Below are positions 46,697 to 55,647 of a stretch of 64,000 nt of DNA, one piece after another. Under the pieces are notes generated by a model. The model was given only the letters and a program-made list of their open reading frames with translations. It had not been told where the DNA came from and did no database searches. The first letter of the stretch is position 1, and each line of letters begins with the position of its first letter. The stretch is taken from contig CAVYKI010000003.1 in NCBI GenBank assembly GCA_963769025.1, positions 544,001 through 608,000 on the forward strand, given 5' to 3'. The DNA is from an uncultured Verrucomicrobiae bacterium. GTDB taxonomy: Bacteria > Verrucomicrobiota > Verrucomicrobiia > Chthoniobacterales > Chthoniobacteraceae. The position numbers were made by a program, and so were the translations under genes.

Positions 46697-47852
46697 GGAA
46701 ACGCAGGATGAAATCGCGGTAGAAGGTGAGCGCGCGCTCGACCTCGGCGATCTCGACAAACTCCACGGCGGCGTGCGCCTGATCGATGCTGCCCGGGCCG
46801 ATGATGAGGCTCGGGATTCCCGCGCGGGAAAGTTTGCTTGCGTCGCTGCCGAACGGGACGCCGCCCAGCGTGGCGTCGAGGCCCATCTCGGAGAGCACCG
46901 CACTTGCGAGTTGCGCGGGCGCCGAATCGGCGGCGGTCTCGAGCGCTTCGTCCATGATCTTCGCCGGCTCCATCACCGCATCAAAGGTCGGGTGCTGCGC
47001 CTTCAATTTGTCGAGCAGGCCCTGGTAGTGCGCAAGCACGGCGGGACCGCTCTCGCCCGGCAGCAGGCGGCGATCGATTTCGATCGCGCAGGTGTCCGGC
47101 ACGAAATTCACCTGCACCCCACCCTGGATGATGCCGACGTTCACCGTCGCCGGCCCGAGCAGCGGATGCACATTCGCCGCGAGCCGCGCATGGTCCTCCT
47201 CGATCGCCAGAACGACGCGCGCCGCATGGCTGATCGCATTCACGCCGAGGTGCGGCTTGCCGCTGTGCGCCGCCTTTCCCCGCACCACGATGCGCCAGCG
47301 GAGCACGCCCTTGCCGGCGATGATCGCGCGCAGCCCTGTCGGTTCCGCCACCAGCGCAGCGTGCGCCGCAGGGGACGCCTGCCCGGCGAGGCTCTCGCAA
47401 AGTTTCACCACGCCGCGATATGAAAACTCCTCGTCCACCACAGCCGCGAGCCACACTTCGCACGGCGGCTGGATGCCGTCCTCATGCAATGACGCGACCG
47501 CATGCATCATCGCCGCGAGCCCGGCCTTCGTGTCGCAACTGCCGCGACCGTACAGCTTCCCATCCTCCACGCGCGGCTCGAACGGCGGAATGCTCATGCC
47601 CTGCACCGACACCGTGTCCATGTGCGCCTCGAGGATCACGCGCCGCGAAGCATCCCGGCCCGGCAGCCGCGCGATGACATTCGGCCGGCCGGGAAACACC
47701 TCCTGTTCCCAAACTTCGATCCCGTGCTGCTCGAAAAACCTCCGCACCCACGCGGCGATTTCCCTTTCCCCAGGCCCGCCCTCGTAGGACGAGTTCACGC
47801 TGTTGATCCGCACCAGGCTGGCAAGCGTATCGATGACTTCAGGACTGCTCAT
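46692..47852 (-). CDS. M20 family metallopeptidase/deacylase (ArgE/DapE-like)
   Basis: EAHMDTV, YGRGSCDTKAG, VDEE, AEPT, GKAAHS, PG...QAH. Start taken at MSSPEV. Confidence 0.92.
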   Translation of the reverse strand: MSSPEVIDTLASLVRINSVNSSYEGGPGEREIAAWVRRFFEQHGIEVWEQEVFPGRPNVIARLPGRDASRRVILEAHMDTVSVQGMSIPPFEPRVEDGKLYGRGSCDTKAGLAAMMHAVASLHEDGIQPPCEVWLAAVVDEEFSYRGVVKLCESLAGQASPAAHAALVAEPTGLRAIIAGKGVLRWRIVVRGKAAHSGKPHLGVNAISHAARVVLAIEEDHARLAANVHPLLGPATVNVGIIQGGVQVNFVPDTCAIEIDRRLLPGESGPAVLAHYQGLLDKLKAQHPTFDAVMEPAKIMDEALETAADSAPAQLASAVLSEMGLDATLGGVPFGSDASKLSRAGIPSLIIGPGSIDQAHAAVEFVEIAEVERALTFYRDFILRFR

Positions 47853-47972
47853 GCCCCGCCATGATTGAAGTTCAACGCCGCGCAGGCCAGCAGGAACACA
47901 GCCACCGCCTGCCGAGGCTCCGCGAGAGAATTTGCTTTTCGCCCTGCGCAAACTCCGTCCTCCTACGCGCCG

Positions 47973-49541
47973 ATGACCGCTCAACCCTCCCAACGCGGCG
48001 CCATTGCCGCCCTCACCGCCGCCTTTCTCGGGTGGCTATTCGATGGCTTCGAGATGGGGCTCTTTCCCCTGATCGGAAAACCGGCGCTCCAGGATCTGCT
48101 GCCCACCTCGACTGCGGCGCAGCAAGGGCAGTGGTTCACGGTGATCATCGCCGTCTTCCTCGTCGGTGCGGCGACGGGCGGCGTGCTCTTCGGCTGGCTG
48201 GGCGACAAGCTGGGCCGCGTGAAGGCGATGACCCTCGCCATTTGCACCTACGCCATCTTCACCGGCCTGTGCGCGTTCGTCACGGACGCCTGGCAGTTTG
48301 CCGCCCTGCGCTTCATCGCGTCGCTCGGCATGGGCGGCGAGTGGGCGCTCGGCGTGGCGCTGGTGAATGAGATCTGGCCGGACAAAAATCGCGCGTGGAT
48401 CGCCGGGCTGATCGGCGCGGCGTCGAACATCGGCTTCCTGCTCACCGGCCTGCTCAGCCTGTATCTCAATGCCAGCCTGGAGACCGTGTCGCATTGGATC
48501 AGCAGCATGGGCGTCAGCCAGGGCACGGCGGATTACCTGCTGCACAATCGCGGCTGGCGATTCCTCGCGGTGAGCGGCGCGGCGCCCGCGCTCATCACCT
48601 TCTTCATCCTCGTTTTCGTGCCGGAGTCCCACAAGTGGGAGGCGGAGAAAAAGGCCGGCAGCACCTCGCACTGGGCCACGATCGATCTGCTCGGCGTGCT
48701 GGCGGCAGCGGTTGCGGCCATGGGAATCATCGCGATCTGGACACCGCAGATCTTTGAAAAAGTGGGGAACATCGTTGCCATTCCGGTGACGATCGTCGGC
48801 CTCGGGATTGCCCTCTGGGGCTATCTGCATCCCGTGCGGCGTTACATGACCCGTGCCCACGCGGGAGGCGGCGTCCCAAATTCGGAACGCGCCGTCATCA
48901 TGCGCAATCTCCTGATCGGCGCCGGCCTGGCGGCAGTCGCGCTCATGGGCACCTGGGGTTCCGCGCAGCAGTCGGCGAAGTGGGCGTCGTTCCTCTCGGC
49001 GGATGGCACAAAATCCAGCGTCATCGAGTACGTCGTCATCGCCACGGCGCTGGGAGCCATCCTCGTGACGATGATCGCCCCGCTCGTCGCCGACAAGCTG
49101 GGCCGCAGAGTCACCTACTTCGTGCTTTGCGTGGCAGCCTTGGGGTCCGCCATCGTCTTCTTCCAGACGAACGGCTCGTACTCTGGCGCCACGCCAGTCT
49201 GGCTGATGATCAGCGCCTTCCTCCTCGGCGGCCTGACCGCCTCCTTCTACGGGTTTTTCCCGCTCTATTTTCCGGAACTGTTCCCCACGAGCGTCCGCGC
49301 CACCGGCCAGGGATTCTGCTTCAATTTCGGCCGCCTCATCGCCGCGATTGGCTCGCTGCAGTTTGTGAATCTCATGGGCGTGTTCGGTTCTGGCAAGGTC
49401 GCGGATCTCGAAGGCGACGCCCGCCGGATCATGCAATTCCAAGTCGAGGCCAACGCCTTCTCCGTGCTCTCCTGCGTCTATCTCATCGGCATGGTGCTGA
49501 TCTGGTTCGCGCCCGAGACTAAGGGCCACAAGCTCGCGTAA
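47973..49541 (+). CDS. MFS transporter with two extra central TM helices
   Basis: GWLFDGFE, GWLGDKLGR, RFIASLGMGGEW, VPES, ADKLGRR, PELFPTSVRATGQGFCFNFGR, PETKG. Confidence 0.9.
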   Translation: MTAQPSQRGAIAALTAAFLGWLFDGFEMGLFPLIGKPALQDLLPTSTAAQQGQWFTVIIAVFLVGAATGGVLFGWLGDKLGRVKAMTLAICTYAIFTGLCAFVTDAWQFAALRFIASLGMGGEWALGVALVNEIWPDKNRAWIAGLIGAASNIGFLLTGLLSLYLNASLETVSHWISSMGVSQGTADYLLHNRGWRFLAVSGAAPALITFFILVFVPESHKWEAEKKAGSTSHWATIDLLGVLAAAVAAMGIIAIWTPQIFEKVGNIVAIPVTIVGLGIALWGYLHPVRRYMTRAHAGGGVPNSERAVIMRNLLIGAGLAAVALMGTWGSAQQSAKWASFLSADGTKSSVIEYVVIATALGAILVTMIAPLVADKLGRRVTYFVLCVAALGSAIVFFQTNGSYSGATPVWLMISAFLLGGLTASFYGFFPLYFPELFPTSVRATGQGFCFNFGRLIAAIGSLQFVNLMGVFGSGKVADLEGDARRIMQFQVEANAFSVLSCVYLIGMVLIWFAPETKGHKLA

Positions 49542-49577
49542 CCTGCCGCGTGCGCCATCCGCGGCAGATTCAAGACC

Positions 49578-50045
49578 TCAGTAAACCCACGGGATGAAGC
49601 GCCGCACTTTTGCGGAATAGCCGGCGTATCCGGGAAACTGTCGCAGCAGCCACCGCTCTTCGCGCCGCGCCTTTGCATCGAGGAAAACGGCCTGCACCAC
49701 CGCGAGGAGGGCACCGAGTCCGCTTTCCCACAGGCACGCCCATCCAAAGCTGAGCGCGATGAGACTCGCATACAGCGGATGGCGCACCATTGCGTACACG
49801 CCGCTCTGCACGAGTTGCGAATCGCCGCGCGGTCTGGGAAATGGCGTCCGGTTCCTGCCAAGCACGCGCGTCCCTGCCACGCCGGCCAGCGCGCCGATTG
49901 CGAGCAATGCCCCGGCGGGAATCCAGAGCCCCGGCGCATGCGTCACCGAGTGGCCGAGCGGCGCGAGCACCAGCCATGCGGCCATGACCACATACTGCCC
50001 CACCACCCATCCCCCGCCCTTCTCGCGAAATGTTCGGCGCGTCAC
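49578..50045 (-). CDS. Isoprenylcysteine carboxyl methyltransferase / PEMT family membrane protein
   Basis: LVQSGVYAMVRHPLY, EERWL..F..Y..Y...V.RFIP. GTGA overlap with the upstream gene. Confidence 0.88.
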   Translation of the reverse strand: MTRRTFREKGGGWVVGQYVVMAAWLVLAPLGHSVTHAPGLWIPAGALLAIGALAGVAGTRVLGRNRTPFPRPRGDSQLVQSGVYAMVRHPLYASLIALSFGWACLWESGLGALLAVVQAVFLDAKARREERWLLRQFPGYAGYSAKVRRFIPWVY

Positions 50046-51259
50046 TTCGCGAACCAGCTCTTCGCCAGCGGATCGGTCGCGAAAAACTCCAGCAGCAGCC
50101 CGGCCACCTTCATCCGGCCGCTCTCGCTCGGGTGCACGCCGTCGCCGGTGAAATCCTGCGGCTCATATTTGAGCCCGTCGAGCTTGCGGCCGCTCGTGCC
50201 TTCGGCCCAGAGGTAGGGACCCCAGAGCAGCAGCGGCGCCCTGTCGGCGGCGAGCGCGGCGTCGCCTTTCATCTGCTGCTGGATGAGATGGCGGACTCCG
50301 AAGGCGCTCTCATACGCATACGGCTCGGGATTCAGCCCGCCCTTCGCGTTGCCGGCCCAGATGCGGCTGCCGAGATAGGCGATGCGGAGGTTTGGGAATT
50401 TCGCCTTCGCGTTTTGCAGTACCTTCGTCGTGTCAGTCTCGAGTTTGGCGAGATGTTCCGCCATCGATCCGCCGGGGCCCTTGTTCGCGAGTTTGATCCA
50501 CGCTACCTGCACCTGCGCGGGGCTCACTTGCGCGTTCGCGATACGATTCATCGCCTCCTGCCACGGCCGGCCGTCGGGATTCACCCACTCGGCCATCGCC
50601 TGCCCGCCCTGCGCGCAATCCACGATGGTGAGCTGCGGCGACTTCCGGGAGTCCGCGTCGGCGATGCGTTTGAAGGTGGAGAATTCCATTGTCGCATTCG
50701 ACATGCTGATGGAAACGAGCACGACCTTGCCATCGATCGGCTTGATCTGTGCGAGCGCCGCGGATGCCGCTTTTGCCAAGGCCTCGGGCGGCGTGTTTTT
50801 TCCGCCACCGTAGAGCCCGCCGTCCTCGCCTTCGTAGCGATCCGCGGCGGTCATGTCGCTCAGCGGCTTCAGGGATGCGGGTGCCTTGCGCTGATTTGCC
50901 GGAGCGCCAGCGCTTCCGCCTCCGCCGCCGCGGTTGCGCGCGGCCTTGGCTTTGTCGAGGTAGGCCTGCTCCTCCGCGTTGAGCTTTTCACCGGACTGGC
51001 TGCGGCGGAACAGCGTCTGCGCCTTGTTCCAATCAATCCCATCGGCACCCGCCGCCGGCGCTGCGCCGTCCGGGCGTTTCTGGCGCGTCGCTTCGGCGCG
51101 TTCGATGTAGGCCTTTTCTTCAGCGCTCAACGTCGCGCCACCGCGCTGGCGCTCGATGAGCTGACGGACCTTTGCCGTGTCTATCGCATCGTTTTGCGAA
51201 AAGCCGGCGGCGGTGAAGCTGAGCAACAGGGCGAGAGCGAAAATTCGGGAGGGTTTCAT
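50042..51259 (-). CDS. Secreted hypothetical protein: two N-terminal helical repeats plus an SGNH-like domain
   Basis: Signal MKPSRIFALALLLSFTAAGFS; two repeats of about 36 aa; SISMSN, AQGG, terminal DGVHP (DxxH). The track's longer start at 51784 overlaps the next gene and was not used. Confidence 0.7.
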   Translation of the reverse strand: MKPSRIFALALLLSFTAAGFSQNDAIDTAKVRQLIERQRGGATLSAEEKAYIERAEATRQKRPDGAAPAAGADGIDWNKAQTLFRRSQSGEKLNAEEQAYLDKAKAARNRGGGGGSAGAPANQRKAPASLKPLSDMTAADRYEGEDGGLYGGGKNTPPEALAKAASAALAQIKPIDGKVVLVSISMSNATMEFSTFKRIADADSRKSPQLTIVDCAQGGQAMAEWVNPDGRPWQEAMNRIANAQVSPAQVQVAWIKLANKGPGGSMAEHLAKLETDTTKVLQNAKAKFPNLRIAYLGSRIWAGNAKGGLNPEPYAYESAFGVRHLIQQQMKGDAALAADRAPLLLWGPYLWAEGTSGRKLDGLKYEPQDFTGDGVHPSESGRMKVAGLLLEFFATDPLAKSWFAK

Positions 51260-51384
51260 GAGCGTGGTAAACACCGGGCAGGGGTGAATAGTTGCGCGCG
51301 CGTCGCGGAGACTTCGGTTCGCCCGGAGTGTCCCGTGAAATGGAGCAACGGAGTATTCCTCGGGATCCGCTGGTGCCGTGGATT

Positions 51385-51464
51385 TCTCGGGAAGGCAGGA
51401 ACTCAGGAAAAGCGTCGGGGTCGGCGTCGGCGTCTCCATTTCCAATCTTCCTGCCTTCCTGAGA
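51385..51464. repeat. 17-bp inverted repeat (MITE/REP-like) between divergent genes
   Basis: TCTCGGGAAGGCAGGAA (51385-51401) versus TTCCTGCCTTCCTGAGA (51448-51464), 16/17 complementary, with an extra CAGGAA unit inside. Confidence 0.65.
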
Positions 51465-51542
51465 GCCATCTTCGGACCGGCGAGGGACGAAAAAGCGTCC
51501 GCCGCAGTGACAACGGGACCGGGCTCGCGCACAGTGCGCGGC

Positions 51543-53264
51543 ATGATGAAAGCGCTCACGTTCCTCCTTCTCGCGTCGCTCACGGCCGTCATCGCCCCAC
51601 CCGGCACCGCCGCGGATGCGCCCGCGACCAATGCTGCAAAAGCGCTCAGCCCTTTCGGGGTCGGCGCGTGCAACCAGACTTCGCAGGAACTCGGCAAGTG
51701 GATCCCGCAGATGGCGGCGATCGGCATCACCAACATGCGCGCGTGCCGCACGAGCTTCGGCGACGTGGAGCCGGAGGAGGGCAAGTGGACCTGGACGCGC
51801 CTCGACGAACAACTGAGCTACGGCGAAGCGCAGAAGATGGAATTTTTCGGCCTGCTCCTCGGAAGTCCGCGGTGGAACACGAAGGACGCACCGGGCCGGC
51901 TGCCGGTGAACAATCTCCCCGCGTGGTCCGAGTATGTCTCGAAAATCGTGACGCACGCGAAAGGCCGCATCCGGTTTTGGGAGGTGTGGAATGAGCCGCC
52001 GAATTTCACGGGACGCGATCAGACACCGGAGGACTACGCGAAGATTGTCGTCAGTTCGTACGATGCGGCGAAGGCGGCGGACCCGTCGTGCCTCGTCGGA
52101 CTCGCGGCGAAATCGGTCCACGTGAATTACCTCGAACAGGTGATCAAGGCGGGCGCGAAGGATCACTTCGATTACATCACGGTGCATCCCTACGAGGTGC
52201 TCGGCACGGTGATCAACAACGCCGGGACGGAACCCGTCTTCATGAGCATCGTGCCCACGATCCGGAAAATGCTCGCCGTGCAGAATCCGGCGAAGGCGGA
52301 TGTGCCGATCTTTTTCACCGAGCTCGGCACGGACATCAAGAAGGGCCTGGACGTGCAGGGCCACGCGCTGGTGAAGGCATTCACGATGGGCATCGCGCAG
52401 GGCGTCACGTGCATCAATTGGTTCCAGGGCATGGACGGCGACAGCGGGCCGATGGGCCTGCTCGAACGCAGTGGCCGCGCGCGGCCGGCCTACAAGGCGA
52501 TGGCGCAAATGATCGAACACCTCGGCACGCATCCGAAATACCTCGGCTGGGTGCTGCTGAACCAACGCAACTACGGCTTCGTGTTCGATGGGGCGAAGAC
52601 GACCGTGCTCGTGACCTGGGCGTCGCGCGGGACGCCGGATCTCGTGGAGTTCGGCGAGACGGTGCGGATCGCGAATCCGCTCACGGGCAACGTCGCGACG
52701 GCGAACAGCCACGAACTTTCCAGCGCCCCGGTGCTCGTGCTCGGCGTGCCCGCGGATATCGTGAAGCAGGCGCGTGCAAACAAGCCGCTGCCGCTCCCGT
52801 GGGGCGGGGATGATCCGGCGGCGACGAGCGTTTCCCTGACGATGGGCGAGACGAGTGTCGAGAAGGGGCTCCACACGCTCGCCGGCGAATCCGTCGCAGC
52901 GGATGTCGTCGCCTACGGCGGCTCCGCGCGCGCGGGCGGCGTGCCCGGAGGCAACCTGTTCGTGGTGAATCCGAATTTCCTCTCCTACACGCCGGAGCCG
53001 ATCGAGATCACCGCCGTCGTCCGCCGCAATCCCGCGAACGACAACGCGGGCTTCAAGCTCGTGTATGAGTCCACCAGCGGCTTCAAGACCGCAGGCACGT
53101 GGTACACCATTCCGGACAACAAGCAGTGGCACAAGGTGAGCTGGAAGATCCACGACGCGCAGTTCGTGAGCTACTGGGGCTACAATTTCGCCCTCGAGTC
53201 GGACGGGAGCAAATTCAACAAATACTACCTCCAGAGCGTGACGGTGACGAAACTGCCGAAGTGA
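51543..53264 (+). CDS. Secreted clan GH-A glycoside hydrolase (GH39/GH5-like) with C-terminal beta-sandwich
   Basis: Signal peptide; VEPEEGKWTW..LD, WEVWNEP (acid/base), HPY, FFTELG (nucleophile), RPAY.A. Confidence 0.8.
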   Translation: MMKALTFLLLASLTAVIAPPGTAADAPATNAAKALSPFGVGACNQTSQELGKWIPQMAAIGITNMRACRTSFGDVEPEEGKWTWTRLDEQLSYGEAQKMEFFGLLLGSPRWNTKDAPGRLPVNNLPAWSEYVSKIVTHAKGRIRFWEVWNEPPNFTGRDQTPEDYAKIVVSSYDAAKAADPSCLVGLAAKSVHVNYLEQVIKAGAKDHFDYITVHPYEVLGTVINNAGTEPVFMSIVPTIRKMLAVQNPAKADVPIFFTELGTDIKKGLDVQGHALVKAFTMGIAQGVTCINWFQGMDGDSGPMGLLERSGRARPAYKAMAQMIEHLGTHPKYLGWVLLNQRNYGFVFDGAKTTVLVTWASRGTPDLVEFGETVRIANPLTGNVATANSHELSSAPVLVLGVPADIVKQARANKPLPLPWGGDDPAATSVSLTMGETSVEKGLHTLAGESVAADVVAYGGSARAGGVPGGNLFVVNPNFLSYTPEPIEITAVVRRNPANDNAGFKLVYESTSGFKTAGTWYTIPDNKQWHKVSWKIHDAQFVSYWGYNFALESDGSKFNKYYLQSVTVTKLPK

Positions 53265-53315
53265 CCGGCGACGAAGTCCTTCGGAATCGGAACGGCTCAC
53301 CCCGATCCGCGGGCG

Positions 53316-53789
53316 CTACTGCGCGGGACGCGGTTTGCCAGCCCACTCCCCGGTGACGACGATCGGCGTGCCAAGTTCCACCCAGTCAAAAAAGCGCTTC
53401 GCTGGGTTGTCGCCCTTCAACGGCAGGCGGACGCAGCCGTGGGATGCCGGACGCTCCGGCACGGAGGTGTAACCGTGGATGAAGAAATTGCCGCGAAACT
53501 GCACGCTCCACGGCATCGGCGCGTTGTCGTAGAGGCGGGAATAGTGCATCCGCTGTTTTGCGAGCGCGGTGAAGTTGCCGGAGGGCGTCCTTCTTCCTTT
53601 CGTTCCCGTGCTCACGCGGCTTTGGAGGAAGACCTTCTCTCCTTCGTAGGCGGTGAGTGTCTGGGTCGTCTTGTCCACGACGACGCGTTTCGGCCCGGGC
53701 GGCGGCGCTTGGGTCTCGATCTGCGCGCATCCCTGCAAGGTGAGGGCCAGCAGCGCGCAGGATAGAAACGTAATCGCGCCCGGTCTCAT
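53316..53789 (-). CDS. L,D-transpeptidase (YkuD family), probable lipoprotein
   Basis: VSTG...TPSG, MPW, FIHG...SHGCVRL; lipobox-like LQGC. Confidence 0.92.
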   Translation of the reverse strand: MRPGAITFLSCALLALTLQGCAQIETQAPPPGPKRVVVDKTTQTLTAYEGEKVFLQSRVSTGTKGRRTPSGNFTALAKQRMHYSRLYDNAPMPWSVQFRGNFFIHGYTSVPERPASHGCVRLPLKGDNPAKRFFDWVELGTPIVVTGEWAGKPRPAQ

Positions 53790-53799
53790 GCCTTCCGTG

Positions 53800-54255
53800 T
53801 CATGGCGTGGCAGCGCCCTTGCCTGCGGGGACCACGAGCACGGGACACGTGGCGAGCTTCAGCAAGTCGTGGGTGAAGCTCCCTATGAACAGGTGGTAGA
53901 GCGCACTGTGGTGATGCGATCCCACCACGATGATGCTGGCCGACAGGCGCGCGCCTTCTTCGAGGATTTTTTCCATCGTCGCATCGCCCAATTGCCGCAC
54001 CGTGACGGCGACTCCCGTCACAGCCATCGAATCCCGGAACCCCTCGAGCGTCGCCTGCGCCGCCACGACGACCGCGTCCCCCGGTGGACGCATGACCGTC
54101 GGGGATGCGAGCCCGACATCGAGCACGACCGGCTCGTCCTTCAGCACGTGCATGATGATGACGGAGCCGCCGAATGCCTTTGCCAGATCCCGCGCCTGCG
54201 CGAGCACGCTTGCCGTCACATCGGAAAAATCCACGAGGGCGAGAATGGTTTTCAT
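53800..54255 (-). CDS. Universal stress protein
   Basis: MKTILALVDFS, MHV, IVVGSH, GS....LL..A.CPVLVVP. Confidence 0.93.
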   Translation of the reverse strand: MKTILALVDFSDVTASVLAQARDLAKAFGGSVIIMHVLKDEPVVLDVGLASPTVMRPPGDAVVVAAQATLEGFRDSMAVTGVAVTVRQLGDATMEKILEEGARLSASIIVVGSHHHSALYHLFIGSFTHDLLKLATCPVLVVPAGKGAATP

Positions 54256-54320
54256 TGGAGGGAAAAGCCGATCGCCGCCGTCTGGAGCGCGAGCAGTCGG
54301 GAAGTGGAGTGCTGGTTCAT
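54252..54320 (-). CDS. Candidate leaderless 22-aa upstream ORF coupled to the USP gene
   Basis: MNQHSTSRLLALQTAAIGFSLQ*. ATG lies 7 nt after a -10 box; the TGA overlaps the USP ATG (ATGA). Confidence 0.4.
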   Translation of the reverse strand: MNQHSTSRLLALQTAAIGFSLQ

Positions 54321-54327
54321 TTCATTC

Positions 54328-54356
54328 ACCCTACGGTCACAGCATGCGGCGGACAA
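54328..54356 (-). promoter_or_regulatory. Sigma70-type promoter upstream of uORF-USP-LDT
   Basis: TTGTCC-N17-TAGGGT-N7-ATG. Confidence 0.55.
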
Positions 54357-54453
54357 GCTATCCCGCTCCGCTGACCGCGCATCAGCCCCGGCCGCGGCGT
54401 GTGGCGAAAACCCGCGACGATCGCCACCATGCCTGCCCCACGCGCGCGGACCG

Positions 54454-54729
54454 TCATCCGCGCAAACCGGGATCTTCGGGGATCGTCGCAGCAGTCAGTT
54501 CGTTCACGATGATCGCGCGCCAGTCCGCGACGGATTCCTTCGTCTCCTTTTCCACCTCCTGGAGCGCCTCCCCCAATCGTTTTCCCAAAGTGATCCATTC
54601 CCGGCCATCACGGCGTGCGGTTGCCCGCCAGAGCGGATTCTCCGGCGCGTACGAGACGCGCTCGTAGGACACCTTGAAACCGGCTGTCTTCAACCTCTCA
54701 TAGACTGCCCGCCATTCCGTCTCGCTCAT
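54454..54729 (-). CDS. Hypothetical protein (91 aa)
   Basis: MSETEWRAVYERLKTAGFKVSY...; protein-like composition; ATGA overlap with the upstream ORF. Confidence 0.6.
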   Translation of the reverse strand: MSETEWRAVYERLKTAGFKVSYERVSYAPENPLWRATARRDGREWITLGKRLGEALQEVEKETKESVADWRAIIVNELTAATIPEDPGLRG

Positions 54730-54938
54730 GGTGCTTCCTTCCGTTTCGCATTCCGGCGATCCTCGGCGAGGCACTGATCCATGGCGGCCCGGGCGCCCTT
54801 GCCCCGCGCAAATTTCCTGTAGGCCGCCTGGACGATGGCGTCGATCGGCGCCTGCGGTGTGCTGCGCGGCCGTGCCGGCCTGGGTTTCCGGGAGGCGAGG
54901 AGGCGTGCTTCGTGATACATGGGAGGGTCGTTTTCCAT
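54726..54938 (-). CDS. Small basic hypothetical protein (weak DUF2934-like motif)
   Basis: MENDPP...AIVQAAYRKFARG...DQCLAE. Starts 8 nt after the upstream stop; its TGA overlaps the next ATG. Confidence 0.45.
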   Translation of the reverse strand: MENDPPMYHEARLLASRKPRPARPRSTPQAPIDAIVQAAYRKFARGKGARAAMDQCLAEDRRNAKRKEAP

Positions 54939-54946
54939 GGGAGAAA

Positions 54947-55540
54947 TCAGTCGTTCATGCCCCACCAGCGGAGGGTTTCGGTGGCAGGGTAGAGTGCCGC
55001 CTCGCGCTCCGGGCCCGCGTCCGCGCGCCTGACACGGGTCGGCTCTGCTGCGGGTTCATGATTCACGCACAATGCCAGATCGTGACTGCAGATGAACGAC
55101 GCACCCCGGCGACCCGCGATCCGCTCCAGCGATGAGCACATGGGATCTTCGCGGCCGTGGGCATTCAGTCCTTCGTCGTGCAACGCCACCACGACGGGCT
55201 GGGCGTCCCGGTTCCCGTTCATGCAGACCTCGATCCATTTCTCCACCGTGTCGGGCAACTTTACACGTCCGTCCGCTGCGACCACGATCACATCTGCAAA
55301 GGCCGAATCACGCAGGATGGCGGCGCTCAATTCCGGCCGGCCAAGCAGTTGGAAACTCCACGATGTCGCATGCACCGGGAGGTCGCGGCTGTAGTTTTCC
55401 GCGATGGCGTCGAAGGCCTGGTACGCGCGGATGGCGTCGGCAAACTCGCGGTAAAATGTGACGATCTTGCACCTGCGATCCGCTTGAACGGCCGTCGGTT
55501 CGGTGCACTCCGACAGCGTGGGCTGGGCACTGGGGGTCAT
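54947..55540 (-). CDS. Hypothetical protein, possibly a degenerate receiver-like alpha/beta fold
   Basis: Intact ORF (IVTFY..., SWSFQLL, FADVIVVA, VVVAL). Start moved to the second ATG (55540) because the first lies inside the -10 box. Confidence 0.65.
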   Translation of the reverse strand: MTPSAQPTLSECTEPTAVQADRRCKIVTFYREFADAIRAYQAFDAIAENYSRDLPVHATSWSFQLLGRPELSAAILRDSAFADVIVVAADGRVKLPDTVEKWIEVCMNGNRDAQPVVVALHDEGLNAHGREDPMCSSLERIAGRRGASFICSHDLALCVNHEPAAEPTRVRRADAGPEREAALYPATETLRWWGMND

Positions 55541-55547
55541 GCTGGCC

Positions 55548-55635
55548 ATTCTAGTGCGCGGGCGGCCCCGGACAATTGGCAGGAAACCTTTCCCTAACTC
55601 CGAGAAGTTCCGAGACGGCTAGGCGTTTTCCCTAG
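55548..55635 (-). promoter_or_regulatory. Promoter plus candidate operator
   Basis: TTGTCC-N16-TAGAAT-N7-ATG. Palindrome CTAGG-N7-CCTAG at 55619-55635; TAGGGAAA occurs twice (55627-55634, 55589-55596). Confidence 0.6.
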
Positions 55636-55647
55636 CGCCGTACCGCC

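Noticed and set aside
51120..53300. Long antisense or alternate-frame ORFs (e.g. 51120-53300, 60153-62456, 43365-45317, 21126-22568)
   Set aside because: Shadow ORFs of high-GC genes: Arg/Ala-rich, without motifs, and overlapping well-supported genes.
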